Below are positions 50,865 to 60,814 of a stretch of 64,000 nucleotides of DNA, piece after piece. Position 1 is the stretch's first letter; the number at the start of each line of letters is the position of its first letter. The notes under the pieces are model-generated. The model had not been told where the DNA came from, searched no databases, and saw only the letters and a program-made list of their open reading frames with translations. The stretch is from an uncultured delta proteobacterium (GTDB lineage: Bacteria > Desulfobacterota > Syntrophia > Syntrophales > UBA2185): contig CAVSPA010000003.1 in NCBI GenBank assembly GCA_963729715.1, positions 1 to 64,000 of the forward strand, given 5' to 3'. Both the position numbers and the translations under genes were made by a program.

Positions 50865-52465
50865 TAAAGCTGCCCGCCACGATCGTCCCTATCTTTCCGC
50901 GTCCCCACCCGCTCCGAGTAGCGCCTCAGCAGGAGATCTTCCTGCAACAGTTCCGTGCCACTGCGTCCGATGTAAAATTCCTCTTCCACCTTCTGAATCA
51001 TCTCGAGATAATTAGAACGAGCAATTTCCCTTACCACGAGCCTTTGGACCAGATTATTCCCCAGTCTCTTAAACACCGGCATGATTTTTCCGCGTCTTCC
51101 AAGAATCCTGACGGCATCAGTGAAAGAGGTAGCTTCCAGATTAAATTCCATGATCTTCTTTTGGAGGGCGGATGGCTTCATATGTTTGGGGTAGAATATT
51201 ACAAATTCGCCATTACAGTAATCGATGACTGCCCGTCCAAAATGGGCAAATTCATCCCAAAGAAAATAGCGGTGCGCAGGCATAAACTGATCCGGTGATT
51301 CGGGTATCTGACTTAATGGAGAGACCCTCCATTTTTCGATTCCCGTCTCGTTGATAAAGTGACGGATTCTCTCGAACGTGTCTAAATCATCTGTGTCATA
51401 TCCCACAATAAATAGGCCCGTTATCGCAAACCCATGTTCATGAAATACATCCATGGCCTTTCTGTTAGTATCGGAAGACGTTTTCTTCCTAAAATCACGC
51501 AGGGTCCGGTCATTTACAGACTCTATCCCGACACTCAGACTGGACACCCCCGCCTGCCTCATGACTTCGAGCAACTTCCGATCCTCACAGATATCGGCCC
51601 GCACTAGGAGACTCACTTTTATCGGGGTTTTAATTCTGGCAAGGGCCTCGAAAAACATATGCGATCCTTTGTCAAAGGGCAAAGCTGCCGTTGGATCCTC
51701 GAACATCACTCTGCGAATACTTGACCTCGCAATGTGTTCCTGGAGATACGCAATGGCACTTTCGATACTGCGCCTCCGATAGCCATTTCCTTGCGAAATA
51801 CGCGACGTGGGACAAAAGGAGCAGTTGTACGGACATCCCCTGGTGCCCTGAAACATAAGGAGGGGCAACATTTTGTTCTGCAGGATCCAGACAAGCGGAA
51901 GGTGCCTGAAGATAAACCCCTGAACAGTCTCGTCATAGCCAACAACCAGAGAAAGATCGGGTATGTTGTCAAAAGACTCACAAACCTGATTCTTAGCGAG
52001 AGAGGCATTGAAGGTGTGCCCAGTTTCATTTCCTTCCGAATCAAGGGTCCTTAGAAGCTGGAGGAAAGCCTCCTCAGATTCACCGCGCAGTGTGTAATCG
52101 AAAAACGGAGAAACCCGTGATTCGCCGCCGAAAGTAATATGTTCTCCCCCAAGTACCGTGACTACCCGGCGGCCAAGCTTTTCAGCCTCGCTCTTAACAG
52201 CGGCCACGATCTCTTCGGCTCTGGGCATTGCCGCACTCTTACAGGAAAAGCCAATTACATCAAAATCCCGAGCAAGCTCTTGAGGCGATACCCGAAGGCG
52301 GAGTTCTTCATTGAAAAGCCGGACAAAATATCCTGCCTCCCGCGTCACGGAAGCTACCTGCAAAGGTCCATACCGCTGCGTCCAGAGCGCACCTGTGAGG
52401 AAGAATAAATTCTTCGCCGGTACCACAATAGCAACGCGAAGCCTCGGAGACAAACCGTCATTCAT
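50837..52465 (-). CDS. B12-binding radical SAM protein
   Basis: GGEH; RGCPYNCSFC; GIES; F.VG...D. Confidence 0.9.
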   Translation of the reverse strand: MNDGLSPRLRVAIVVPAKNLFFLTGALWTQRYGPLQVASVTREAGYFVRLFNEELRLRVSPQELARDFDVIGFSCKSAAMPRAEEIVAAVKSEAEKLGRRVVTVLGGEHITFGGESRVSPFFDYTLRGESEEAFLQLLRTLDSEGNETGHTFNASLAKNQVCESFDNIPDLSLVVGYDETVQGFIFRHLPLVWILQNKMLPLLMFQGTRGCPYNCSFCPTSRISQGNGYRRRSIESAIAYLQEHIARSSIRRVMFEDPTAALPFDKGSHMFFEALARIKTPIKVSLLVRADICEDRKLLEVMRQAGVSSLSVGIESVNDRTLRDFRKKTSSDTNRKAMDVFHEHGFAITGLFIVGYDTDDLDTFERIRHFINETGIEKWRVSPLSQIPESPDQFMPAHRYFLWDEFAHFGRAVIDYCNGEFVIFYPKHMKPSALQKKIMEFNLEATSFTDAVRILGRRGKIMPVFKRLGNNLVQRLVVREIARSNYLEMIQKVEEEFYIGRSGTELLQEDLLLRRYSERVGTRKDRDDRGGQLYQASSARDF

Positions 52466-52550
52466 TCAGAATCAGACCATTCCGTGGGAAGACTGCCCTA
52501 AATATTTGCTTACACTTTTCCGGCTGTAAATTATCAGCATTTAATAAAGA

Positions 52551-53882
52551 TCAGTAGAGGAATTTTTGTGGGTTTAGTGAGCAAAAGCGCTCCTTGTCCT
52601 GTCCCGTGAAATGCTTTGTTTGGACGAAAGTACTGAGGTAGTCGTTGTATGAATCGACCCGCGCGAGGCAGATCATAAAATCCGATCCGAAGAGGATCTT
52701 GTTTTTGAGATCGTAATTCAACTCTTTGGATTTTATCTCGATTAACTGCTTCAAATTCTTGTAATCTTTGTCTCTAAATTCATCGTATGAAAAATCCGTG
52801 TAAACGTTGTCGTAAGTCGCGATGAGCTTCAAAACAATATCGGCCCACGATTTTTGACTATAGGAAAATAAACCCTTCTGTTTACCCATGTGTGCGAGGT
52901 TCAGTTTCAGCATGTGATATTTTTTTTCGCTCAGGACTTTGCACCATTTCTCTGGCGAAGAACGTCGTTGAGTAGCGAGCATTGAGTCGACCATGAAGCC
53001 GCCGTTGTTGCAATGCGTTGTTATGGGAATTTTCTTTTCACAGCAGAACCCGTACAGGAACTCCACCTTGTTCTTTTCTTTGTGACTTATCGGCCAAGGA
53101 TCGAACCCAAGAGGGGGATAGACTTTGACGCCTGCAAAAAAATTACTGCCCATTTCATCGATGTTCCCGGTAAACTTGCCCATGTTCTCACGAAGGGCGG
53201 TTTCATTTCCCGCGTAATTGCCGAAATATTTGTTGAGCAATTGTTCCAGTTCCTGGTATTCGTACCACTGGGGATTTAACCCAAGAAAGGGATAAATTTC
53301 GAACATGCCGTCGGGATTCTTCCTGACATATGTTCTTATACCGTTGAATAGATCTGTAACCTGTTGGGCGATTGGCTTGCGGATCGGCTCGGACCCATAT
53401 GGCAAAAGCTCACTAATAATATTCTTCAATCCGAAGTCAATCACCAGCGGCGCAAGAACGATTCTGTTATATTCCACGCCATTTATATCTATCTTTCCGT
53501 TATATTCTTTTCTTAGTACTTTCTCGGTGAGAAGAAAATAATTTCCCAAATCGTTTTCCATGAGAGCCAAAAGATTTAGGTGGCGCTTGAAGAGCCTGAC
53601 AAACAAGTCAACAAAAAGACCGGAAAATCTTGAAGGATATGTCAAGTGCAGGGTGAATATGAAAAAGACAAAAATTATCAAGGCAACCGGTAGAGAAACT
53701 GCAGAAGGCTTAAAGAAAGAATATGATAGACATAAAACAATTAAGACGAAAACTGACAAAAGGGGAAAAGCATGGTCCCGAATGTACCTCTTAATGAATG
53801 CGCTGAGGTCCGGATGACTCAGGTTGAAAGCATGCATGTGTACATCGTAAAATTTTTTTCCGCTTTTCTCTTTCATTGTCAA
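52551..53882 (-). CDS. Amidohydrolase family protein with TM insert
   Basis: DVHMH, GVKVYPPLG, THC, AHMG, FGSDF. Confidence 0.85.
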   Translation of the reverse strand: MTMKEKSGKKFYDVHMHAFNLSHPDLSAFIKRYIRDHAFPLLSVFVLIVLCLSYSFFKPSAVSLPVALIIFVFFIFTLHLTYPSRFSGLFVDLFVRLFKRHLNLLALMENDLGNYFLLTEKVLRKEYNGKIDINGVEYNRIVLAPLVIDFGLKNIISELLPYGSEPIRKPIAQQVTDLFNGIRTYVRKNPDGMFEIYPFLGLNPQWYEYQELEQLLNKYFGNYAGNETALRENMGKFTGNIDEMGSNFFAGVKVYPPLGFDPWPISHKEKNKVEFLYGFCCEKKIPITTHCNNGGFMVDSMLATQRRSSPEKWCKVLSEKKYHMLKLNLAHMGKQKGLFSYSQKSWADIVLKLIATYDNVYTDFSYDEFRDKDYKNLKQLIEIKSKELNYDLKNKILFGSDFMICLARVDSYNDYLSTFVQTKHFTGQDKERFCSLNPQKFLY

Positions 53883-54211
53883 TTCGTTGCCTCATCCCTT
53901 GATGAGGCATTCTTTTAATAAGCGAACATAGTTTAATACATTGCTCCCCCATCAAGAGGTCTGTCCCGTTACCCGCCTGACGGAATGCCTATCAATATAT
54001 AAAACAGAAGAACACTGAATCTGTGAGATAGTTAGAGAGTAATTTCGTGTGAGGGTTATAGATGCCCCGAGGGATTTCAAGAATACTCTTTTGTTAACAG
54101 GAAGGAGCATCCTATCGACTGTAAGATAGAGGACAATTTGATGAAAATCAAGGAGAAAATGAGGAGACTCTGGCATATTTCACACAGTCTCAGGATTACA
54201 GTCAGTAAGGA

Positions 54212-54433
54212 TTATCCTTTGAAAAAGTAGATATCAGACATAGTCGTCAGGTACTTGATGCAATGATTATGCATGGCTGCCTGCACTTTCCTGATCTCTT
54301 CCAATAATTCTCGCTTGCTGACAATACCTTTCTTATCAAGAATATTGATGAGGACTTCGGATTGAATTACTTCGGACATGAGTAGCTCTTTTAGGTCAAC
54401 CGTCTCTTTCTTATCAGGTTCTTTGGCCATCAT
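54212..54433 (-). CDS. Small hypothetical protein, homologue of 42497-42673
   Basis: ELLMSEVIQSE.LIN.LDKKG..SK.EL..E. Confidence 0.65.
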   Translation of the reverse strand: MMAKEPDKKETVDLKELLMSEVIQSEVLINILDKKGIVSKRELLEEIRKVQAAMHNHCIKYLTTMSDIYFFKG

Positions 54434-55202
54434 TTCTCTTTTGCAAATTCAGCCAGTCGTAAACATATTGAGCGATCTCCTCCCATCCTCGTTCACCAAT
54501 AACCCAATGACTGTGGTTCGGAAATTCTTTGAATGTGGAAACGGCCCCGTATTTATTAGCTGTCTTTCTCACCACGGAAGACGGTGTAATGCGATCTTCT
54601 GATCCTGCGATAACCAACACCGGACAGGTCACCTTCGATTCATCCACAAATGTGGCCTTCCTCGGATCAAATAACCAGAACCCTATCTCAGCCGCAGCCC
54701 GTCCGGACTCATACACGAAATGCCGATATGCCTCTCTCTGTTCCTCTTCTGATAATAAGTGCATCATGGAATATACCGCTTCATCAAACGTCTGCCTCAT
54801 GGGATTCTTCCAGAATCCCCACTTAGTTAGAACACTCCAGAAGCTCTTGATGACGGAGAATCTTAAAGCAAGAACGCCGCGGGGTGATGCGGGGGTCAGA
54901 AGGACGAGCGACTGCGCAAGTCCCCTGCTCCCGAGAAGTTGAGCGAGCAGACCACCCATGGAATGACCCATAAGAATGGGTGAGGAGTCGAGTTGCTTAA
55001 TTTCTCTTTCAAGATCACCGGCATAATCGAGGACGCTCGTGGTTCCGAGCTGTCGGCGAGGATCAGATTGGGGATCAACGTCATGATATCGCAAGTTTGG
55101 TGTTACACAGCGATATCCTCTGCTCTCGAAGAACTGTTTATAGTATCTCCAGTCCCAGTCATTCCCCCACATGCCGTGGATCATCATGATTGTCTGCTGC
55201 AC
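54414..55202 (-). CDS. Alpha/beta hydrolase, paralogue of 10237
   Basis: IHGM, GHSMGG, ESGRAA.EIGFW, HSHW. Confidence 0.9.
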   Translation of the reverse strand: MQQTIMMIHGMWGNDWDWRYYKQFFESRGYRCVTPNLRYHDVDPQSDPRRQLGTTSVLDYAGDLEREIKQLDSSPILMGHSMGGLLAQLLGSRGLAQSLVLLTPASPRGVLALRFSVIKSFWSVLTKWGFWKNPMRQTFDEAVYSMMHLLSEEEQREAYRHFVYESGRAAAEIGFWLFDPRKATFVDESKVTCPVLVIAGSEDRITPSSVVRKTANKYGAVSTFKEFPNHSHWVIGERGWEEIAQYVYDWLNLQKRNDGQRT

Positions 55203-55732
55203 TTATCCACCCTCTCTAATATTTCCCAGAATGTTCCTTGTGCACGTAAGTCGATTTCGTAAAGGAAGAAGAGCACGACGACGTGGTAGTAGTTTTCTCA
55301 GAAATTGAAATCGAGAAACTTCTGGAGGTTCAGATGATATATCGTAACAAATGTTACTTCGTATTTCTGAGAATGCAATACAAAACAATGCTAGAAAAAT
55401 ACTATAAAAAATATGATGAAATATTAATGTGTGAGAGTCAGAACTTGACTTTACTAACAGTGTGAAGATTAAGAAGTACTTCCTGTTAATTGTTAATTGA
55501 CGGATATTGGAGAATATGCAATATTTCAATTGGTAATGACTACCTCTACCCGTTATTTATGTTATGCGCCACGAATGCTGACGTGGGAATCGCTTCAATT
55601 AATAAACACCACTTTTTTTATCAATTCCAGATATCATCTCAAACCAGTTGTGGAAATGAATTAAGAAAAAAATCTGTTTCAATGAAGCTCAAAAAGGCAA
55701 AACATAATTTGCCGGGAAGAAGGCCTCTAATT

Positions 55733-56854
55733 ATGTGGAACTGGAAATGCATATTGGCGGCGGGATTGCTGGTGATTCTCGCCTGCACTCTTTCGTGCGG
55801 GCCCTACCGTGATGTCCAGGATTTGCCATGTACGGGTACAGGGGAAAAGCCTCAAAAATGCATTGTGGATATGCACTGCCATGTTGCCGGCATCGGCGCG
55901 GGTGGAAGCGGATGCTTTATCTCCCATGAGTTTCAGAAGAATTGGCGCTTCTGGTTGAGGGGTTTTGGAGTTTCCGAGCGGGAATTATGGGAAAAGGGTG
56001 ACGGCCTGGTGGTGGATCGTCTATCCGAGTTGCTCTACCGAAGTGACTTCGTTGAGAAGGCTGTTGTTCTGGCACTGGATGGTGTGGTGACTGATGGTTT
56101 GCTTGATACATCTCGAACCCAGGTCTATGTTCCCAATGAGTTTGTGGCAGACGCTGTGGACAGGGTGGCTAAGGACAAGAAGAACCTGCTTTTCGGAGCT
56201 TCCGTGAACCCGTACAGAAAGGATGCTCTTAATCGCCTGGTTTTAGCAAAGAGGAGAGGTGCCGTCCTCGTGAAGTGGGTTCCCTCAATCATGAATATCG
56301 ATCCAAGTGATCCTAAGATTAAACCTTTCTACAAAAAACTGGTCGAGCTCAATCTTCCACTGCTGACTCATACCGGAAAAGAGAATTCATTGCCCCACAC
56401 GAATGACGAGCTTTCTGACCCCGAGAGATTGCGCCTGCCTTTAAGCATGGGTGTGAAGGTTATTGCGGCACATATCGCTTCAACCGGATCCTATCAGGGC
56501 GAGTGCAGCACCGACCGGCTCGTACGGGTGATGAAGGACTACCCCGATACACTGTACTCAGATATCTCCTCGCTTACGCAGTTGGACAAGCCGGGATACA
56601 TGAAAGATGCCCTGACCCGGCCGGAATTTTCAGGCAAGTTATTTTATGGTTCGGACTTTCCCCTGATTAACATGCCCCTTCTCGTATCGCCAGTGTATCA
56701 GATCTACAGGCTGACCCCATGGCAGATCATATCCATAATCTCTAATATAAACAATCCATGGGACAGGGACGTCAAAATCAAGCAGGCTTTGGGTACTCCT
56801 GCAGATTTATTTGCCCGATCCAGGGAATTCCTCAAGAGCAGGCCCGTTTATTGA
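55733..56854 (+). CDS. Amidohydrolase family lipoprotein (start 55682 or 55733)
   Basis: LSC lipobox; DMHCH, HTG.E, AAH, YGSDFP. Confidence 0.85.
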   Translation: MWNWKCILAAGLLVILACTLSCGPYRDVQDLPCTGTGEKPQKCIVDMHCHVAGIGAGGSGCFISHEFQKNWRFWLRGFGVSERELWEKGDGLVVDRLSELLYRSDFVEKAVVLALDGVVTDGLLDTSRTQVYVPNEFVADAVDRVAKDKKNLLFGASVNPYRKDALNRLVLAKRRGAVLVKWVPSIMNIDPSDPKIKPFYKKLVELNLPLLTHTGKENSLPHTNDELSDPERLRLPLSMGVKVIAAHIASTGSYQGECSTDRLVRVMKDYPDTLYSDISSLTQLDKPGYMKDALTRPEFSGKLFYGSDFPLINMPLLVSPVYQIYRLTPWQIISIISNINNPWDRDVKIKQALGTPADLFARSREFLKSRPVY

Positions 56855-57483
56855 AGATTACGATCTTCCTTCAAGCCGAGTTCTATTTTCATATGCTATT
56901 TGCTCATAAAGCCTTATATGGAGAATCGAAAAATAGAGCAAAGAAAAAAGAGAAGACTTCTAAAATGTATTACATGTCATAGGGTATTTCCCCTGTAAAT
57001 AAAAACCTAATAAGTTGATATTATCAAACTCACCATAAAGGTGTCGGCAAGTCTATTTTGATTATTTTTTGTGAGGGCTGGCCGTCATGAATGTTTCGCT
57101 TGTAATGGTGAGCGGAAGAGTTTCATTGATCATTGGTTCTCAAATTCGAGCCGATATCGGTGCCGGCAGACATATACCTGCGGGAATTGTTCATCAATGA
57201 TACTGTTTCGATTGAAACAGGCACTAATATCTGTTTGAACGATTCATTGCAGGCACTCTCCGTTAGTACAAGCTATACCGCGGCCATAATCATGGCATTG
57301 TAAGTCAGTCAATTTAGCGAGATGTTTCTTGCCGTCCCCTTTGTTTCCCATGAATTAAGTATTCCAAGAATCCCGACTACTTATCTGCAATGGAAAATTC
57401 ATTTGGGAATTAATGATTATACTTTGAAATATTAAATAAAGAAGGCAGGGCCTTTGAAACTTCATTGATGATTCATGAAAATC

Positions 57484-57626
57484 AAACCCTGGATACCCCG
57501 TGCGGAAGCACGGGGAGGAAAGGGTTTCCGTTCTTTAGGAATTGAGTATCATAAGCATGAAGAAAAGCTCCCAAACAGTTAGATTTTGAGTTTTAATGCC
57601 CCGTGCGGAAGCACGGGGTTCTTTAC
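57484..57626 (+). mobile_element. REP/PATE-like element with two identical hairpins
   Basis: CCCCGTGC-GGAA-GCACGGGG at 57496 and 57599; second followed by TTCTTTAC. Confidence 0.6.
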
Positions 57627-57633
57627 TTAAAAT

Positions 57634-57790
57634 AAAAAAAGGGTGGATGGTAAAAGGAGGGAAGAAGGAACCATCCACCCGCTCGCTATATAGACTGAAA
57701 GGGATCAAGAATGCTGACCCCCTCTCAGAATCTCTGGGAAGGGGTCGATGGATGGCAAAGGAGGGAAGGGACACCATCCATCGATCTCAA
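57634..57790 (-). ncRNA. Candidate sRNA or 3' UTR with two anti-SD-loop hairpins and terminator
   Basis: Hairpins 57745-57784 and 57641-57680 share GGATGG...CTTCCCTCCTTT...CCATCC on the minus strand; U-tract follows. Confidence 0.45.
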
Positions 57791-57805
57791 AGAATACATG
57801 TATGG

Positions 57806-58039
57806 CTAAGTCTCATCAGTAAAAAAGTCGGGAAGAAAAAATGCTACACTTTGGTCGTCGAACTTTAATTCGCTTTCTTTTTTTTCCTGGGTTTGTTCTT
57901 TCGCTGCCGTTTGTTCTATACTGCCGCCTTTTTCTTCCGATATGAAAAAATTATATACAAACCCAAATTCTGGATGATGTGACAGCGTCTCTTCCTGATG
58001 ACTGTTCTCCGAGTTAGGTTCTTTATCCTCCTTTACCAT
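57806..58039 (-). CDS. Small acidic hypothetical protein
   Basis: 77-aa ORF, purine-rich upstream. Confidence 0.45.
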   Translation of the reverse strand: MVKEDKEPNSENSHQEETLSHHPEFGFVYNFFISEEKGGSIEQTAAKEQTQEKKESELKFDDQSVAFFLPDFFTDET

Positions 58040-58671
58040 TTTTCTTCTTCTATAAAAGTACTATAAACACGGAGAAACCCCTGAGACTTACCTTTCATTA
58101 ATCTTATAGATTACTCCTAAAGGTTTCTTCCAGCCTGCAGAGGTTTCTTCACTCTGGATTAACTGTTTTGCAAAACGAATGCCAATCTGAGGCTGACGGT
58201 CTGTAAATGCTTTATCGGATAATTGAAATATATAAAATTATCTATAGATACAACTAACTACGAATATTATTAATAGGAATTCCATTGAGTAATATTGCAG
58301 CAGAATAATGAATCAACACCATCCGTAATTCTAAAATCGTGCGATTGTCACACGACTAGAAGCGTCAAATGTGATATGGATACGCCAGAAGCGTAGGTTC
58401 CAGCATATGTGCATATATGGCACGTAACGTGCGTCAAACGCACATCAATATACCCGCTGTACGCAGGAATAAGCGGAGTGTCCGCACAAGGGGCAGTAGA
58501 GTTGGCAGCAAACCGGAAGATGGCAATTTGCAGTTGTTCAGTACACAAATCCTTAAAATCATTATACACTGATGAGTGAAGATTACAGGTTGAAAGAGAT
58601 TGTCCACTTGGGATGAAAAATGCCCTCTATCGCAGAGCATAAGGGGAAAACAGCGGTTTTTTCACCGCGGG

Positions 58672-60756
58672 CTATTTGGAATAAAATCCTTTTCCTTCTT
58701 CAGCCAGTTTGGCAAGAAGAGGTGAAGGTGTCCAATACTCTGCGCCGACTATGCCTTTATATTTCAGAATTGCTTCGTAAATCTTTTTTAATCCCACCTG
58801 GTCAGCGTAGAACATGGGACCGCCCAGATATACAGGGAATCCGTAGCCGTAAATCCAGACGACATCAATATCCAGAGGCCGCGCTGCTATCCCCTCCTCC
58901 AGAATTTTTGCTCCTTCATTGATCATCGAATAAATAGCACGCTCCAGTATCTCCTGATCGGTAATCGCGCGTCTTTTGATACCGACTTCCTGAGAGTGCT
59001 TAACGATCAGCTCCTCAATCAGCGGATCGGGAGTGGCGTTGCGCTTATCGTCGTATTTGTAAAATCCGGCGCCGGTCTTCTGACCATAGCGTCCCATCCC
59101 GCAGATTTTATCGAGGATAGTGTTTGCTTTTTCTCTCGGAGTAAGCTGATCAAACTTGGCCTTACGGTTGCGCCAGCCGATATCCAACCCGGCCATATCA
59201 CCCATAGCATACGGTCCCATCGGGAAACCGAAATCGTAAATCACCTTGTCTATCTGTTGGGGGAGTGCTCCTTCTTCCAGCATGAAGCCGCACTCGCGGC
59301 TGCGCTTAGCCAACATCCGGTTGCCGACAAAGCCATCGCATACGCCTACCAGAACGGGAACTTTGCCGATCTTTTTCCCGATCTTCATAGCAGTTGTATA
59401 GACTTCGGGAGCGGTTTTGGTGCCGCGCACGTTTTCCAGAAGCTTCATCACATTGGCCGGACTGAAGAAATGCATGCCCATGACATCCTGCGGTCTTTTG
59501 GTTGTGGCGGCTATTTCGTCAACATTGAGGTAAGATGTATTTGAAGCGAGTATCGCGCCCGGTTTACATACGGCTTCGAGCTTGGCGAAAACATCTTTCT
59601 TCACAGCCATATCTTCAAACACAGCTTCGATGACCAGATCAACATCCTTCAAGTCTTCATAGGACAGAGTCGGTTTAATGAGCGCCATACGCCGATCCAT
59701 GACTTCCTGTTTGATAGAGCCCTTAGCGACTGTGTTGGCATAGTTTTTACGGATAATGCCGAGGCCCTTATCCGAGAATTCCTGTTTGACTTCCAGAAGC
59801 ACAACCGGGATGCCGGCGTTAACAAAGCTCATGGCGATTCCGCCGCCCATGGTTCCCGCACCAACAACGCCCACTGATCTGATCTCGCGGGTCGGGTAGT
59901 CATCAAGTAATCCGGGGATGCGGACGACTTCACGTTCGGAGAAAAAGACGTGCCGCTGAGCTCTGGATTGCAAAGAATCCTTCAATTCCAAGAATAATTC
60001 CCGCTCTCGCTTCATTCCTTCACTGAAGGATAATTTAGTTGCGGCTTCGACGGCCTTGATGCACTGGAAAGGAGCGAGAAAACCACGCTGTCTTCTGGCA
60101 ATGCTCTTGGTGTATTCATCAAAAACAGCCGGATTGTCGACTTTTGCCGTTAGCGTGCTGACTTTGCGGATGGGACGTTTTTCATCGATTATTTTCTGGG
60201 CGAAAGCCAGAGCCGCTGCTTTCAAATCGCCGCCAACTACTTCATCGATGATCCCCAGGGACTGGGCTTTAGCCGCGGTAATCGGCGAGCCTGATACAAT
60301 CATCTCTAATGCCGCCTGCACACCCGCCAAGCGGGGTAACCGCTGTGTTCCGCCTGCACCGGGTAGAAGCCCGAGCTTTACTTCCGGCAGTCCCATTTTT
60401 GCGCTGGCCAGCGCAATGCGGAAATGACAGCCAAGGGAGACTTCGAGCCCACCCCCCAGAGCTGTTCCGTGAATCGCTGCGATGACCGGCTTCGGAGAAT
60501 CTTCGATAAATTGGACGAGGTCAGGTAAAAACGGCTTCAGCGGCGGTTTGCCGAGTTCGCGGATATCAGCGCCGGCGATAAATGTGCGTTCCTCACATAT
60601 AATCACCATGGCTTTTACGTCTTCATCAGCTATGCCCTTTTCCACACTGGATTCTATTCCGGCGCGAACTGCTTGGGAAAGCGCGTTTACCGGCGGATTA
60701 TTAACCGAAATAATTCCTATACTCCCCTGCTTGGAAAAAGTAACATTCTCTGGCAT
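58672..60756 (-). CDS. Enoyl-CoA hydratase / 3-hydroxyacyl-CoA dehydrogenase multifunctional enzyme
   Basis: [36 protein letters not shown]. Confidence 0.95.
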   Translation of the reverse strand: MPENVTFSKQGSIGIISVNNPPVNALSQAVRAGIESSVEKGIADEDVKAMVIICEERTFIAGADIRELGKPPLKPFLPDLVQFIEDSPKPVIAAIHGTALGGGLEVSLGCHFRIALASAKMGLPEVKLGLLPGAGGTQRLPRLAGVQAALEMIVSGSPITAAKAQSLGIIDEVVGGDLKAAALAFAQKIIDEKRPIRKVSTLTAKVDNPAVFDEYTKSIARRQRGFLAPFQCIKAVEAATKLSFSEGMKRERELFLELKDSLQSRAQRHVFFSEREVVRIPGLLDDYPTREIRSVGVVGAGTMGGGIAMSFVNAGIPVVLLEVKQEFSDKGLGIIRKNYANTVAKGSIKQEVMDRRMALIKPTLSYEDLKDVDLVIEAVFEDMAVKKDVFAKLEAVCKPGAILASNTSYLNVDEIAATTKRPQDVMGMHFFSPANVMKLLENVRGTKTAPEVYTTAMKIGKKIGKVPVLVGVCDGFVGNRMLAKRSRECGFMLEEGALPQQIDKVIYDFGFPMGPYAMGDMAGLDIGWRNRKAKFDQLTPREKANTILDKICGMGRYGQKTGAGFYKYDDKRNATPDPLIEELIVKHSQEVGIKRRAITDQEILERAIYSMINEGAKILEEGIAARPLDIDVVWIYGYGFPVYLGGPMFYADQVGLKKIYEAILKYKGIVGAEYWTPSPLLAKLAEEGKGFYSK

Positions 60757-60814
60757 ATAATTCTCCCTAATTTCTTTTTGATTTATGGTATCGGATTTTA
60801 ACATAGTTCTGAGA

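Noticed and set aside
58348..58640. Short ORFs downstream of the beta-oxidation operon
   Set aside because: No RBS or motifs; mutually overlapping
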